From the UHGV virus genome UHGV-0076424: a DNA stretch of 24,387 nt. One strand, given 5' to 3'. The notes below the pieces were generated by a model, which did not search any database, was not told the origin of the DNA, and saw nothing but the letters and a program-made list of their open reading frames with translations. Positions within the stretch are counted from its first letter, which is position 1, and each line of letters opens with the position of its first letter. The DNA is from a virus. Shown in pieces: positions 7,939-17,708 of the stretch. The position numbers and the translations under genes are program-made.

Positions 7939-8237
7939 CGGGCAAAGAGGCAATTATTCATTACCTGGGGACGCATAAGAGCTTCTGTGCACAGGACGTT
8001 GCCGCGGTAACAGGCGCAACCGTAACCAGCATAAATCAGGCTGCGGCTAAAATGGCGCGGGCAGGAATCCTGGTCGTTGATGGTAAGGTCTGGCGAACGG
8101 TGTATTACCGGTTCGCTACCAGAGAAGAACGGGAAGGAAAGGTGAGCACGAATCTGATTTTTAAGGAGTGTCGCCAGAGTGCCGCGATGAAACGGGTATT
8201 GAGGGTATATAAAAGAACATCAATGGGAACACAATGA
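7935..8237 (+). CDS. ren: Ren (Rex exclusion relief protein)
   Basis: Product MTGKEAIIHYLGTH...AAKMARAG...VWRTVYYRFATREEREGK matches lambda Ren as recalled; intact here. Confidence 0.9.
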   Translation: MTGKEAIIHYLGTHKSFCAQDVAAVTGATVTSINQAAAKMARAGILVVDGKVWRTVYYRFATREEREGKVSTNLIFKECRQSAAMKRVLRVYKRTSMGTQ

Positions 8238-8304
8238 TGAAACAGGTGAGTTGAGTTCAAACTGTAGTACAATTCTCTCCAGTTTGAACAGGAAAGAATA
8301 TGCT

Positions 8305-8637
8305 ATGAACCCTTATATTTATCTTGGTGGTGCAATACTTGCAGAGGTCATTGGTACAACCTTAATGAAGTTTTCAGAAGGTTTTACACGGTTATGGCCA
8401 TCTGTTGGTACAATTATTTGTTATTGTGCATCATTCTGGTTATTAGCTCAGACGCTGGCTTATATTCCTACAGGGATTGCTTATGCTATCTGGTCAGGAG
8501 TCGGTATTGTCCTGATTAGTTTACTGTCATGGGGATTTTTCGGCCAACGGCTGGACCTGCCAGCCATTATAGGCATGATGTTGATTTGTGCCGGTGTGTT
8601 GGTTATTAATTTATTGTCACGAAGCACACCACATTAA
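8305..8637 (+). CDS. emrE: EmrE small multidrug resistance efflux transporter
   Basis: 110 aa from MNPYIYLGGAILAEVIGTTLMKFSEGFTRLWPSVG..., matching E. coli EmrE; four hydrophobic helices. Confidence 0.95.
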   Translation: MNPYIYLGGAILAEVIGTTLMKFSEGFTRLWPSVGTIICYCASFWLLAQTLAYIPTGIAYAIWSGVGIVLISLLSWGFFGQRLDLPAIIGMMLICAGVLVINLLSRSTPH

Positions 8638-8665
8638 AATAATTTGTTTCTAAACGACTAAAATA

Positions 8666-8700
8666 TGGAGGCTCTTATATTTATATGAGCCTCGTTTTAT
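8666..8700 (+). terminator. Intrinsic terminator after emrE
   Basis: Stem GGAGGCTC/GAGCCTC with a 12-nt AT loop, followed by GTTTTATGCTTTTTG. Confidence 0.55.
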
Positions 8701-8891
8701 GCTTTTTGTTAATGTCTTTATTTTTTATGTATTCTTTTGTGCTTTCAAGATTATGGCGTAAGAAAATTGCAATACGATTATTGTTGTATATTCAAGATAA
8801 TGTGACCTTAATTGTCTTTTTAAATAAAAATTAAACAAAAATTATATCCCACCACTAAGGTTTATAAAAGCATACGTTAGCAGGTGTCACC

Positions 8892-10418
8892 ATGAAAAAA
8901 GCCATAGCATATATGCGATTTTCATCACCAGGTCAGATGTCTGGTGACTCATTAAACCGACAGAGAAGACTTATTGCTGAATGGTTAAAGGTAAATAGTG
9001 ATTATTATCTTGATACCATAACATATGAAGATTTAGGATTAAGTGCATTCAAAGGAAAGCATGCACAATCAGGAGCTTTTTCGGAATTTTTAGATGCTAT
9101 AGAGCATGGTTATATATTGCCAGGAACTACATTGTTAGTTGAAAGTCTGGACAGACTTTCAAGAGAAAAAGTCGGTGAAGCGATTGAACGTCTGAAATTG
9201 ATTTTGAATCACGGTATTGATGTTATAACTCTTTGCGACAATACAGTCTATAATATTGACTCTTTGAATGAGCCATATTCATTAATAAAAGCCATACTTA
9301 TAGCACAAAGGGCAAATGAAGAAAGCGAGATAAAGTCAAGTCGGGTTAAATTATCATGGAAGAAAAAACGGCAGGATGCAATGGAATCAGGTACGATTAT
9401 GACGGCGTCTTGTCCGAGATGGCTCTCCTTAGATGACAAAAGAACGGCTTTTGTTCCAGACCCCGACAGGGTGAAAACTATTGAGCTAATTTTTAAACTC
9501 AGGATGGAAAGGCGCTCATTGAATGCAATAGCCAAGTATTTAAATGATCATGCTGTAAAGAATTTCTCAGGAAAAGAAAGTGCATGGGGACCTTCTGTAA
9601 TTGAAAAATTATTAGCGAATAAAGCTCTGATAGGTATATGCGTACCTTCATATCGTGCAAGAGGGAAAGGGATAAGTGAAATCGCTGGCTATTATCCCAG
9701 AGTTATATCAGATGATTTGTTTTACGCTGTACAGGAAATTCGGTTGGCACCTTTTGGTATTAGCAATAGTAGCAAGAATCCTATGCTAATAAATCTACTT
9801 CGAACAGTTATGAAGTGTGAGGCTTGTGGTAATACCATGATTGTTCATGCGGTATCTGGAAGTTTGCATGGCTATTATGTTTGTCCGATGAGAAGATTAC
9901 ATCGATGTGACAGGCCATCAATAAAAAGAGATTTGGTTGATTATAATATCATTAATGAATTGCTTTTTAATTGTAGCAAAATTCAACCAGTTGAAAACAA
10001 GAAAGATGCTAATGAAACTTTAGAGTTAAAAATTATTGAGCTTCAGATGAAAATTAATAATTTAATCGTTGCATTGTCTGTCGCGCCTGAAGTTACCGCT
10101 ATAGCAGAGAAAATAAGACTATTAGATAAGGAATTACGAAGGGCTTCGGTATCATTGAAAACTTTGAAGAGTAAAGGTGTAAATTCATTCAGTGATTTTT
10201 ATGCTATTGACTTAACCAGTAAAAATGGACGAGAGTTATGCCGTACACTTGCCTATAAAACATTCGAAAAAATCATAATTAATACGGATAATAAAACCTG
10301 TGATATCTATTTTATGAATGGCATTGTTTTTAAACACTATCCTTTAATGAAAGTAATATCCGCCCAGCAGGCGATAAGTGCTCTCAAATATATGGTTGAT
10401 GGTGAGATTTATTTCTAA
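8892..10418 (+). CDS. ybcK: Large serine recombinase (resolvase/invertase N-domain, recombinase domain, Cys-rich region)
   Basis: 508 aa; N-terminal YMRFSSPGQ matches the serine-recombinase catalytic motif (Y-x-R-x-S-x-x-x-Q). Cys cluster CEACGN...CPMRRLHRC suggests a zinc ribbon. Gene order matches the DLP12 emrE-ybcK-ybcL-ybcM block. Low GC. Confidence 0.85.
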   Translation: MKKAIAYMRFSSPGQMSGDSLNRQRRLIAEWLKVNSDYYLDTITYEDLGLSAFKGKHAQSGAFSEFLDAIEHGYILPGTTLLVESLDRLSREKVGEAIERLKLILNHGIDVITLCDNTVYNIDSLNEPYSLIKAILIAQRANEESEIKSSRVKLSWKKKRQDAMESGTIMTASCPRWLSLDDKRTAFVPDPDRVKTIELIFKLRMERRSLNAIAKYLNDHAVKNFSGKESAWGPSVIEKLLANKALIGICVPSYRARGKGISEIAGYYPRVISDDLFYAVQEIRLAPFGISNSSKNPMLINLLRTVMKCEACGNTMIVHAVSGSLHGYYVCPMRRLHRCDRPSIKRDLVDYNIINELLFNCSKIQPVENKKDANETLELKIIELQMKINNLIVALSVAPEVTAIAEKIRLLDKELRRASVSLKTLKSKGVNSFSDFYAIDLTSKNGRELCRTLAYKTFEKIIINTDNKTCDIYFMNGIVFKHYPLMKVISAQQAISALKYMVDGEIYF

Positions 10419-10882
10419 ATAATGATCTCGGATTTTAAGTTATGCTATGGTGATAAAGTGCAAGACAGAATTAATTATCTTTGACGAAACTTAATGGGTA
10501 ATTACTTTGTTTGCTCCCACAAGCGAGTTTTGTACGGCTGTATTGGGGTAGTAAATGAGCTATACAATCTTAATCATTTGTTAGGTGAGAACTCTTGGTC
10601 GCAGATTCAAATACTGAAAATACGTGACAAATTATTATGAGCAAAATGGTGTATGTCACGTATTTTGAATGGTAGGTTAAAAAATAACACCGACTTTCGT
10701 AGGTATTACTAATAATAAAGCAGAGTTTTTAGATAGTATCAATGTGCTTTGTGTATATTGTGGCAAATAATTGGGTTGGGGGTACAATTGTGATTGCTTT
10801 TGCATAAACATTGCGCCTTTATGCATAATGAGATAAAGGAATATCAAATAAAATAACGATAGGTCATAACAAAGAGGTTTTT

Positions 10883-11434
10883 ATGAAAACACTTATCGTT
10901 TCAACTGTATTGGCATTCATAACATTTTCTGCGCAGGCTGCAGCATTTCAGGTCACTAGTAATGAAATAAAAACAGGAGAGCAACTTACAACGTCTCATG
11001 TCTTTTCTGGATTTGGGTGTGAAGGTGGTAATACATCGCCCTCATTAACCTGGTCTGGTGTTCCTGAAGGTACCAAAAGCTTTGCCGTAACTGTATATGA
11101 TCCAGATGCACCTACAGGCAGTGGTTGGTGGCATTGGACTGTTGTTAATATTCCAGCAACAATAACATATTTGCCCGTTGATGCAGGGAGACGTGATGGA
11201 ACAAAACTGCCGACTGGTGCTGTTCAAGGCCGAAATGATTTTGGCTATGCTGGGTTTGGTGGCGCATGTCCTCCTAAAGGAGATAAACCACATCATTACC
11301 AGTTTAAAGTATGGGCTCTAAAAACTGAAAAGATTCCTGTAGATTCTAACTCCAGCGGAGCGTTAGTTGGTTATATGCTTAATGCTAATAAAATCGCAAC
11401 CGCTGAGATAACACCAGTTTATGAGATAAAGTAG
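10883..11434 (+). CDS. ybcL: Periplasmic PEBP/RKIP-family protein YbcL
   Basis: 183 aa with a signal peptide (MKTLIVSTVLAFITFSAQAAA) and the PEBP motifs DPDAPTGSGWWHW and HHY; paralogous to YbhB at the window end. Confidence 0.9.
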   Translation: MKTLIVSTVLAFITFSAQAAAFQVTSNEIKTGEQLTTSHVFSGFGCEGGNTSPSLTWSGVPEGTKSFAVTVYDPDAPTGSGWWHWTVVNIPATITYLPVDAGRRDGTKLPTGAVQGRNDFGYAGFGGACPPKGDKPHHYQFKVWALKTEKIPVDSNSSGALVGYMLNANKIATAEITPVYEIK

Positions 11435-11443
11435 GGTGAGAGT

Positions 11444-12241
11444 ATGCTGGCAAGAGGTAAGACTAACTTAAAGATCGAAGAAATACGGATGCATAAACAT
11501 CATGAGATTCATAGGGTTAAGCCTCTTATGCCAGCTTTGTGTCGTATCCGTCAGGGAAAGAAAGTTATCAATTGGGAGACGCATACTTTAACTGTTGATA
11601 ATAATCAAATAATATTATTTCCTTGTGGTTATGAATTTTATATTGAGAATTATCCTGAAGCAGGGCTTTATCTTGCAGAAATGCTTTACTTACCCATTGA
11701 TTTAATTGAGAGTTTCCAAAAACTTTATACGGTAACTGATCAAATACGTAACAAAACAAGTTTCTTTTTACCTCAGAATCCTGAGTTAATATATTGTTGG
11801 GAGCAACTAAAAACATCTGTTTCCCGAGGCTTCTCAACTAAAATTCAGGAGCACTTAGCAATGGGCGTTCTACTTTCGTTAGGAGTGAATCATGTTAATC
11901 ATTTACTTTTATCATATAGTAAACAATCATTGATAAGTCGTTGTTATAACCTGCTGCTATCCGAACCCGGCACAAAATGGACAGCAAACAAGGTTGCTCG
12001 ATATCTCTACATTTCTGTTTCTACATTACATCGCCGTCTAGCAAGCGAGGGGGTAAGTTTCCAAAGTATACTGGACGATGTGAGGTTAAATAATGCGTTG
12101 TCTGCTATACAAACGACGGTAAAACCTATAAGCGAGATTGCCAGAGAAAATGGTTATAAGTGTCCTTCTCGTTTTACTGAAAGATTTCATAATCGTTTTA
12201 ATATAACACCAAGAGAGATAAGAAAAGCTTCCAGAGAGTAA
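11444..12241 (+). CDS. ybcM: AraC/XylS-family transcriptional regulator YbcM
   Basis: 265 aa; C-terminal HTH region typical of AraC family ([26 protein letters not shown]...[14 protein letters not shown]). The true start may be the internal Met at 11489. Confidence 0.85.
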
Positions 12242-12455
12242 AAGTGTTTTAAGAAGGAGCAATTCTATCGATTTTGATTTTGGGAAATCAACACGGCATA
12301 ATTATGTCACCGGAGCCTGAACAACTCCGGTGACTTCTGCGCTAAACGGGGACGTTTATGCGCACATACAATCCAAACTCTCTTCTCCCTTCACAGATGC
12401 AGAAATGCACCTGCAATTCTTTGCATCTAGCGTTTGACCTCTGCGGAGGTGAAGC

Positions 12456-12911
12456 GTGAACCTCTCACAAGACGGCATCAAATTACATCGCGGCAACTTC
12501 ACCGCTATCGGTCGGCAGATCCAGCCTTATCTGGAGGAGGGCAAATGCTTTCGCATGGTGCTTAAACCGTGGCGTGAGAAACGCAGTCTTTCCCAGAATG
12601 CACTCAGCCACATGTGGTACAGCGAAATCAGTGAATACCTCATCAGCAGGGGTAAAACGTTCGCCACTCCAGCTTGGGTAAAAGATGCTCTCAAACACAC
12701 ATATCTCGGTTATGAAACCAAAGACCTGGTTGATGTCGTAACCGGTGATATCACCACTATCCAGTCGTTACGCCATACCTCCGATCTTGATACCGGAGAG
12801 ATGTATGTCTTCCTGTGTAAGGTTGAAGCCTGGGCGGTGAATATTGGCTGCCACCTGACTATTCCGCAGAGCTGCGAGTTCCAGCTGCTCCGCGACAAGC
12901 AGGAGGCGTAA
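12456..12911 (+). CDS. ybcN: YbcN, DLP12-type nin-region protein (reported DNA base-flipping protein)
   Basis: GTG start preceded by GGAGGT; 151-aa product [27 protein letters not shown]... matches K-12 YbcN as recalled. Confidence 0.85.
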
Positions 12912-13081
12912 TGGCTACACCGCTTATTCGTGTCATGAACGGACACATCTACAGAGTATCAAATCGTCGTAAGCGTAAGCCTGAGCTGAAGCCATCCGAA
13001 ATACCAACACTGCTCGGATATACCGCTAGCCTGGTTGATAAAAAATGGTTGCGACTGGCAGCAAGGAGGAATCATGGCTGA
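12911..13081 (+). CDS. ninE: NinE
   Basis: Hand-translated 56-aa [59 protein letters not shown]; its start overlaps the ybcN stop (TAATG). Below the ORF-track length cutoff. Confidence 0.8.
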   Translation: MATPLIRVMNGHIYRVSNRRKRKPELKPSEIPTLLGYTASLVDKKWLRLAARRNHG

Positions 13082-13364
13082 TTTGAGAAAAGCAGCGCGT
13101 GGTCGGGAATGCCAGGTAAGAATCCCTGGCGTATGTAATGGCAATTCTGAAACGTCTGTACTGGCACATATCCGGCTGGCTGGATTGTGCGGTACCGGTA
13201 TCAAACCGCCAGACCTGATTGCCACCATTGCATGTTCTGCCTGCCACGACGAAATCGACCGCCGCACACATTTTGTCGATGCTGCATATGCAAAAGAATG
13301 CGCGCTGGAAGGTATGGCGAGAACACAGGTTATCTGGCTGAAAGAGGGGGTTATTAAGGCGTGA
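13074..13364 (+). CDS. ybcO: YbcO, nin-region putative nuclease
   Basis: 96 aa from [24 protein letters not shown]... preceded by AGGAGG; Cys-rich. Overlaps the ninE 3' end and the rusA start. Confidence 0.8.
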   Translation: MADLRKAARGRECQVRIPGVCNGNSETSVLAHIRLAGLCGTGIKPPDLIATIACSACHDEIDRRTHFVDAAYAKECALEGMARTQVIWLKEGVIKA

Positions 13365-13723
13365 ATACCTACAGTATCACATTACCCTGGCCTCCGAGCA
13401 ATAATCGCTATTACCGCCATAATCGCGGGCGCACGCACGTCAGTGCAGAGGGGCAGGCATACCGCGATAACGTCGCCCGAATCATTAAAAGCGCAATGCT
13501 GGATATCGGCCTGGCTATGCCTGTGAAAATCCGCATTGAGTGCCACATGCCGGATCGCCGTCGCCGTGACCTGGATAATCTGCAAAAAGCCGCTTTTGAC
13601 GCACTCACTAAAGCAGGTTTCTGGCTGGATGATGCTCAGGTCGTTGATTACCGCGTTGTGAAGATGCCTGTTACCAAAGGTGGGAGGCTGGAACTGACCA
13701 TCACCGAAATGGGGAATGAATGA
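13361..13723 (+). CDS. rusA: RusA Holliday-junction resolvase
   Basis: 120-aa product [37 protein letters not shown]... is near-identical to E. coli RusA. Confidence 0.95.
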   Translation: MNTYSITLPWPPSNNRYYRHNRGRTHVSAEGQAYRDNVARIIKSAMLDIGLAMPVKIRIECHMPDRRRRDLDNLQKAAFDALTKAGFWLDDAQVVDYRVVKMPVTKGGRLELTITEMGNE

Positions 13724-13860
13724 TGTTTGAGTTTAATATAGCAGAACTTCTTCGCCACCGCTGGGGGCGTCTGCGCTTATATCGTTTCCCCGGTTCTGTT
13801 TTGACCGATTACCGAATACTGAAGAATTACGCCAAAACCCTGACAGGAGCAGGAGTATGA
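13720..13860 (+). CDS. ylcG: YlcG small protein
   Basis: Hand-translated 46-aa [49 protein letters not shown] overlapping the rusA stop; matches K-12 YlcG as recalled. Confidence 0.7.
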   Translation: MMFEFNIAELLRHRWGRLRLYRFPGSVLTDYRILKNYAKTLTGAGV

Positions 13861-13945
13861 AGTCAGAGATAACAATCAACTAATACTGTTTTATTGATTT
13901 TTGCTTGTAATTGGCGTTCTGGTCTGATTTTTGTGGAGTAAGTTG

Positions 13946-14329
13946 ATGCGTGATATTCAGATGGTTCTTGAGCGTTGGGGAGCGTGGGCGGCTAATAATC
14001 ATGAAGATGTGACCTGGTCGTCCATTGCCGCCGGTTTTAAGGGATTAATTCCTTCAAAAGTAAAATCTCGCCCGCAATGTTGTGACGATGACGCGATGAT
14101 CATTTGCGGGTGCATGGCCCGTCTGAAAAAGAACAACAGCGATTTGCACGATTTATTAGTAGATTATTATGTAGTCGGTATGACATTCATGTCACTGGCA
14201 GGTAAGCATTGCTGCTCTGATGGTTATATCGGGAAAAGGTTACAGAAGGCTGAGGGCATAATTGAAGGGATGTTAATGGCATTAGATATCCGGTTAGAGA
14301 TGGATATCGTTGTTAATAACTCTAATTAA
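13946..14329 (+). CDS. quuD: Late-gene antiterminator Q (QuuD, phage 82-type)
   Basis: 127 aa from the ATG at 13946 ([26 protein letters not shown]...), preceded by GGAG; matches K-12 QuuD as recalled. Cys-rich zinc-binding region present. Confidence 0.85.
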   Translation: MRDIQMVLERWGAWAANNHEDVTWSSIAAGFKGLIPSKVKSRPQCCDDDAMIICGCMARLKKNNSDLHDLLVDYYVVGMTFMSLAGKHCCSDGYIGKRLQKAEGIIEGMLMALDIRLEMDIVVNNSN

Positions 14330-14362
14330 TACGCCAATTATTTACTAAAAGTTATTAAAAAT

Positions 14363-14502
14363 GGGGCGTTGAAACGCCCCCAAAAATAAAGGGTAATATA
14401 TAACAGAAGGTTTGTATAGTTAGAAGCAAGGTTGTGCTTCTAAAGGAAGTGGCTTGAGGGAGCCACTTATATGTTGGGGAGGCAAAGCCTCCCACAACAT
14501 AT
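14363..14502. terminator. Cluster of four stem-loops between convergent Q and nmpC (candidate tR' and nmpC terminators)
   Basis: Hairpins at 14363-14380 (GGGGCGT/ACGCCCC, T-tract on the minus strand), 14421-14442, 14450-14467 and 14470-14502 (long GC stem followed by CTTTT on the plus strand). Confidence 0.4.
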
Positions 14503-14517
14503 CTTTTAGTAATCAAA

Positions 14518-15600
14518 TTAGAACTGGTAAACCATACCTACAGCAACGATATCATCGGTAGCAACGCCAGATGCTTTCGTGAAATCGCTCTTATCAATCA
14601 GGTTGATTTTGTAGTCAACAAAAGTGGACATATTTTTGTTGAAGTAATAGGTTGCACCTACATCAACATATTCAACCAGGTCCTGATCACCCCAAACACC
14701 CAAGTCTTTTCCTTTAGAATGCAGGTAAGCAACGGATGGACGCAGGCCGAAGTCGAACTGATATTGTGCAACAGCTTCGAAGTTTTGTGCTTTGTTGGCA
14801 ATATGGTTATTACCAAAAACAGTCATGTTCTGGGTTTCAGAATAGGTGGTGGCCAGATAGATGTTGTTCGCATCATATTTCAGACCAGCTGCCCATACTT
14901 CAGCATTTTGACCAGAAGCATTCAGACCGTTGTTACCGTAGATAACCTGATTATTAGTGCGATCAGATTTAGCATAGGTTGCACCTACACCGAATCCTTC
15001 ATACTCATAAGTAGTGGAGAAACCGAAACCATCACCATTAGCTTCAGTTACGTCAGTGCGGTCATTTTTACCCTGATACTGAGCAGCAAAGTTCAGACCA
15101 TCAACCAGACCAAAGAAGTCGTTGTTACGATAAGTTGCAACACCAGTGGTGCGACCAGTCATGAACACATCTGTTTGAGTCCAAGTGTCACCACCGAATT
15201 CTGGCAGGACGTCAGTCCACGCACCGATGTCGTATGCTACACCGTAGTTACGGCCGTAATCGATGGAGCCGTAGTCACCGAATTTCAGGCCAGCGAAGGC
15301 AAGACGGGTTTTATCTTTGGAGGAACCTTGAGATTCAGCGCGGTTGCCTTTGAATTCATATTCCCACTGACCGAAACCAGTCAGTTGATCGTTGATTTGG
15401 GTTTCACCTTTGAAGCCAAGACGGGCATAAGTAGTATCACCATCATCTGCATCATTAGAGGAGAAGTAGTGCTTAGCATTAACTTTCCCGTACAGATCCA
15501 GCTTGTTACTGTCTTTATTATAAATTTCAGCTGCCTGAGCAGACATCGCCATCAGTACTGATGCAGCTACAGCAGAAATTGCCACTGTTAATTTTTTCAT
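14518..15600 (-). CDS. nmpC: Outer-membrane general porin NmpC (OmpC/OmpF/PhoE family), intact
   Basis: 360 aa with signal peptide ([23 protein letters not shown]), porin-like beta-strand pattern and C-terminal Phe (GMVYQF); uninterrupted, unlike the K-12 copy. Confidence 0.9.
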   Translation of the reverse strand: MKKLTVAISAVAASVLMAMSAQAAEIYNKDSNKLDLYGKVNAKHYFSSNDADDGDTTYARLGFKGETQINDQLTGFGQWEYEFKGNRAESQGSSKDKTRLAFAGLKFGDYGSIDYGRNYGVAYDIGAWTDVLPEFGGDTWTQTDVFMTGRTTGVATYRNNDFFGLVDGLNFAAQYQGKNDRTDVTEANGDGFGFSTTYEYEGFGVGATYAKSDRTNNQVIYGNNGLNASGQNAEVWAAGLKYDANNIYLATTYSETQNMTVFGNNHIANKAQNFEAVAQYQFDFGLRPSVAYLHSKGKDLGVWGDQDLVEYVDVGATYYFNKNMSTFVDYKINLIDKSDFTKASGVATDDIVAVGMVYQF

Positions 15601-16189
15601 CGTGAGCCCTTTTTTTTGAACTATTATTAAAAAATGATGTCACTGCGCGATAAATATTCATCTAATCAATGTGATTATTTCAAGATGTAAGTTTTAGTTT
15701 CTCATTTAATTTGTGAAGTAGATCTCTATTTTTATCTGAACTTTTTCTATCGAAACCTATTTATGGCTCTTATTTGAACAAAAATAAACCTATTAGCTAA
15801 TTTATATTAATGGCTGTTATTTATGGGGGGGTCTATAATTCGATGGTTTAATTTAAATTAACTAAAAATAACGCCGGAAATTATTTATTGGTTATTTGTT
15901 GAGGTTTTCTTATGTATTTGTGGTGGTGTTTTGAACACTCGGTAGCATTCTCATAAATATCATTCAGTGGTTTACGTACGTAAAAAATTGGTTATGCTGT
16001 TAAGAGTGGTTACTTCGTCACACAGCTTAAACCCGCCGTCGAGCTGGTTTTTCCATTTTTTGAGTCTCGATATTAGCTGATAACTCAATACCTGAGTTAT
16101 TCACTGACTCCGAGTCTGTTACGTTTCTGCTTTTTTGCGATACGTTGTATTCCCTCAATTTACACCCGCTTTGTCTGCGAGGTGGGGTT

Positions 16190-16405
16190 ATGAAATCCAT
16201 GGATAAGTTAACAACGGGTGTCGCCTATGGCACCTCAGCAGGTAGTGCCGGTTACTGGTTTTTACAGCTGCTCGATAAAGTCACGCCCTCACAGTGGGCA
16301 GCAATAGGTGTGCTGGGTAGCCTGGTATTTGGCCTGCTGACGTACCTGACAAACCTTTATTTCAAGATTAAAGAAGATAAGCGCAAGGCTGCGAGAGGTG
16401 AATAA
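16190..16405 (+). CDS. essD: Class II pinholin (S21-type) with dual-start motif
   Basis: 71 aa from [26 protein letters not shown]...; Met1/Met4 dual start, two TM segments, charged C-terminus. RBS GAGGTGGGG is upstream. Confidence 0.85.
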
Positions 16406-16902
16406 TGCCTCCATCATTACGAAAAGCCGTTGCTGCTGCTATTGGTGGCGGAGCAATTGCTATAGCATCAGTGTTAATCACTGGCCCAAGTGGTAACGAT
16501 GGTCTGGAAGGTGTCAGCTACATACCATACAAAGATATTGTTGGTGTATGGACTGTATGTCACGGGCATACAGGAAAAGACATCATGCTCGGTAAAACGT
16601 ATACCAAAGCAGAATGCAAAGCCCTCCTGAATAAAGACCTTGCCACGGTCGCCAGACAAATTAACCCGTACATAAAAGTTGATATACCGGAAACAACGCG
16701 CGGCGCTCTTTACTCGTTCGTCTACAACGTGGGTGCTGGCAATTTCAGAACATCGACGCTTCTTCGCAAAATAAACCACGGTGATATCAAAGGCGCATGT
16801 GATCAGCTACGGCGCTGGACATACGCTGGCGGTAATCAATGGAAAGGACTGATGACTCGCCGTGAGATTGAGCGTGAAGTCTGTTTGTGGGGGAAACAAT
16901 GA
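16405..16902 (+). CDS. rrrD: SAR endolysin (R21-type lysozyme)
   Basis: 165 aa; Gly/Ala-rich N-terminal signal-anchor-release segment ([20 protein letters not shown]) and an E-x8-D-x5-T catalytic triad ([17 protein letters not shown]). Confidence 0.9.
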   Translation: MPPSLRKAVAAAIGGGAIAIASVLITGPSGNDGLEGVSYIPYKDIVGVWTVCHGHTGKDIMLGKTYTKAECKALLNKDLATVARQINPYIKVDIPETTRGALYSFVYNVGAGNFRTSTLLRKINHGDIKGACDQLRRWTYAGGNQWKGLMTRREIEREVCLWGKQ

Positions 16903-17366
16903 GCAGAGTAACCGCGATTATCTCCGCTCTGGTTATCTGCATCATCGTCTGCCTGTCATGGGCTGTTAATCATTACCGTGATAACGCCATTACCTACAAA
17001 GCCCAGCGCGACAAAAATGTCAGAGAACTGAAGCTGGCGAACGCGGCAATTACTGACATGCAGATGCGTCAGCGTGATGTTGCTGCGCTCGATGCAAAAT
17101 ACACGAAGGAGTTAGCTGATGCGAAAGCTGAAAATGATGCTCTTCTGCGGAAGCTTGATAATGGTGGCAGGGTGCTCGTCAAAGGAAAATGCCCTGTGCC
17201 ATCCTCTGCCGAAACCTCCAGCGCCTCCGGCATGGGCAATGATGCCACCGTCGAACTCTCTCCAGTTGCTGGACGAAACGTTCTCGATATCCGGGACGGA
17301 ATTATCCGCGACCAAACAGCACTGAGAACGCTTCAGGAATACATTAGGACGCAATGCCTTCGATGA
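16899..17366 (+). CDS. rzpD: Rz i-spanin
   Basis: 155 aa from [23 protein letters not shown]...; N-terminal TM then coiled-coil; ATGA overlap with the endolysin stop. C-terminal third differs from the K-12 RzpD I recall. Confidence 0.8.
   Translation: MSRVTAIISALVICIIVCLSWAVNHYRDNAITYKAQRDKNVRELKLANAAITDMQMRQRDVAALDAKYTKELADAKAENDALLRKLDNGGRVLVKGKCPVPSSAETSSASGMGNDATVELSPVAGRNVLDIRDGIIRDQTALRTLQEYIRTQCLR
17119..17325 (+). CDS. rzoD: Rz1 o-spanin lipoprotein embedded in Rz (+1 frame)
   Basis: 68-aa ORF wholly inside Rz; lipobox LIMVAGC and a proline-rich mature region ([11 protein letters not shown]). Confidence 0.7.
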   Translation: MRKLKMMLFCGSLIMVAGCSSKENALCHPLPKPPAPPAWAMMPPSNSLQLLDETFSISGTELSATKQH

Positions 17367-17708
17367 TAGCGATAATTTTACTCATCATCCTTCACATCTG
17401 GCTCTGTAGACAGGGTGGTGATCACTTCTGGAGTAAATCCAGATTAAACATCTCATTGCTGATGCTTGATATTGAGCATCTGGCGCGCAGTAAGGGGCTG
17501 CGTTGAGATAAGAGCCAGTTCATTACAAATACCAGGATTTAGCCTCGCATTCGCGGGGCTTTTTATATCTGAATTTCACAGCGCATCTCACGCGCATATT
17601 AACGAGAGCCTTTCAGTAAGCGAGCCTGAGAAATGCCGTTATAGGTGGCGACCTCTCTCGGGCGGCTTTTCTGTGAGACAGGCTCACTTTCTAAAAGGTA
17701 AAGACGCT

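Noticed and set aside
8255-8304. Possible riboswitch upstream of emrE (guanidine-type, as for related SMR exporters)
   Set aside because: The hairpin has a 15-nt loop without the ACGR tetraloops of guanidine-II elements and no second hairpin. More likely a ren/emrE boundary structure or the insertion edge.
14719-15561. 280-aa plus-strand ORF
   Set aside because: Lies entirely antisense within the well-supported porin gene nmpC. Its product is low-complexity with no start context, so it is most likely a frame artefact.
17466-17708. 81-codon upstream extension of the Rha ORF
   Set aside because: The extension has no Rha-like sequence and contains a terminator-like hairpin; the ATG at 17709 has an RBS and starts the conserved domain.
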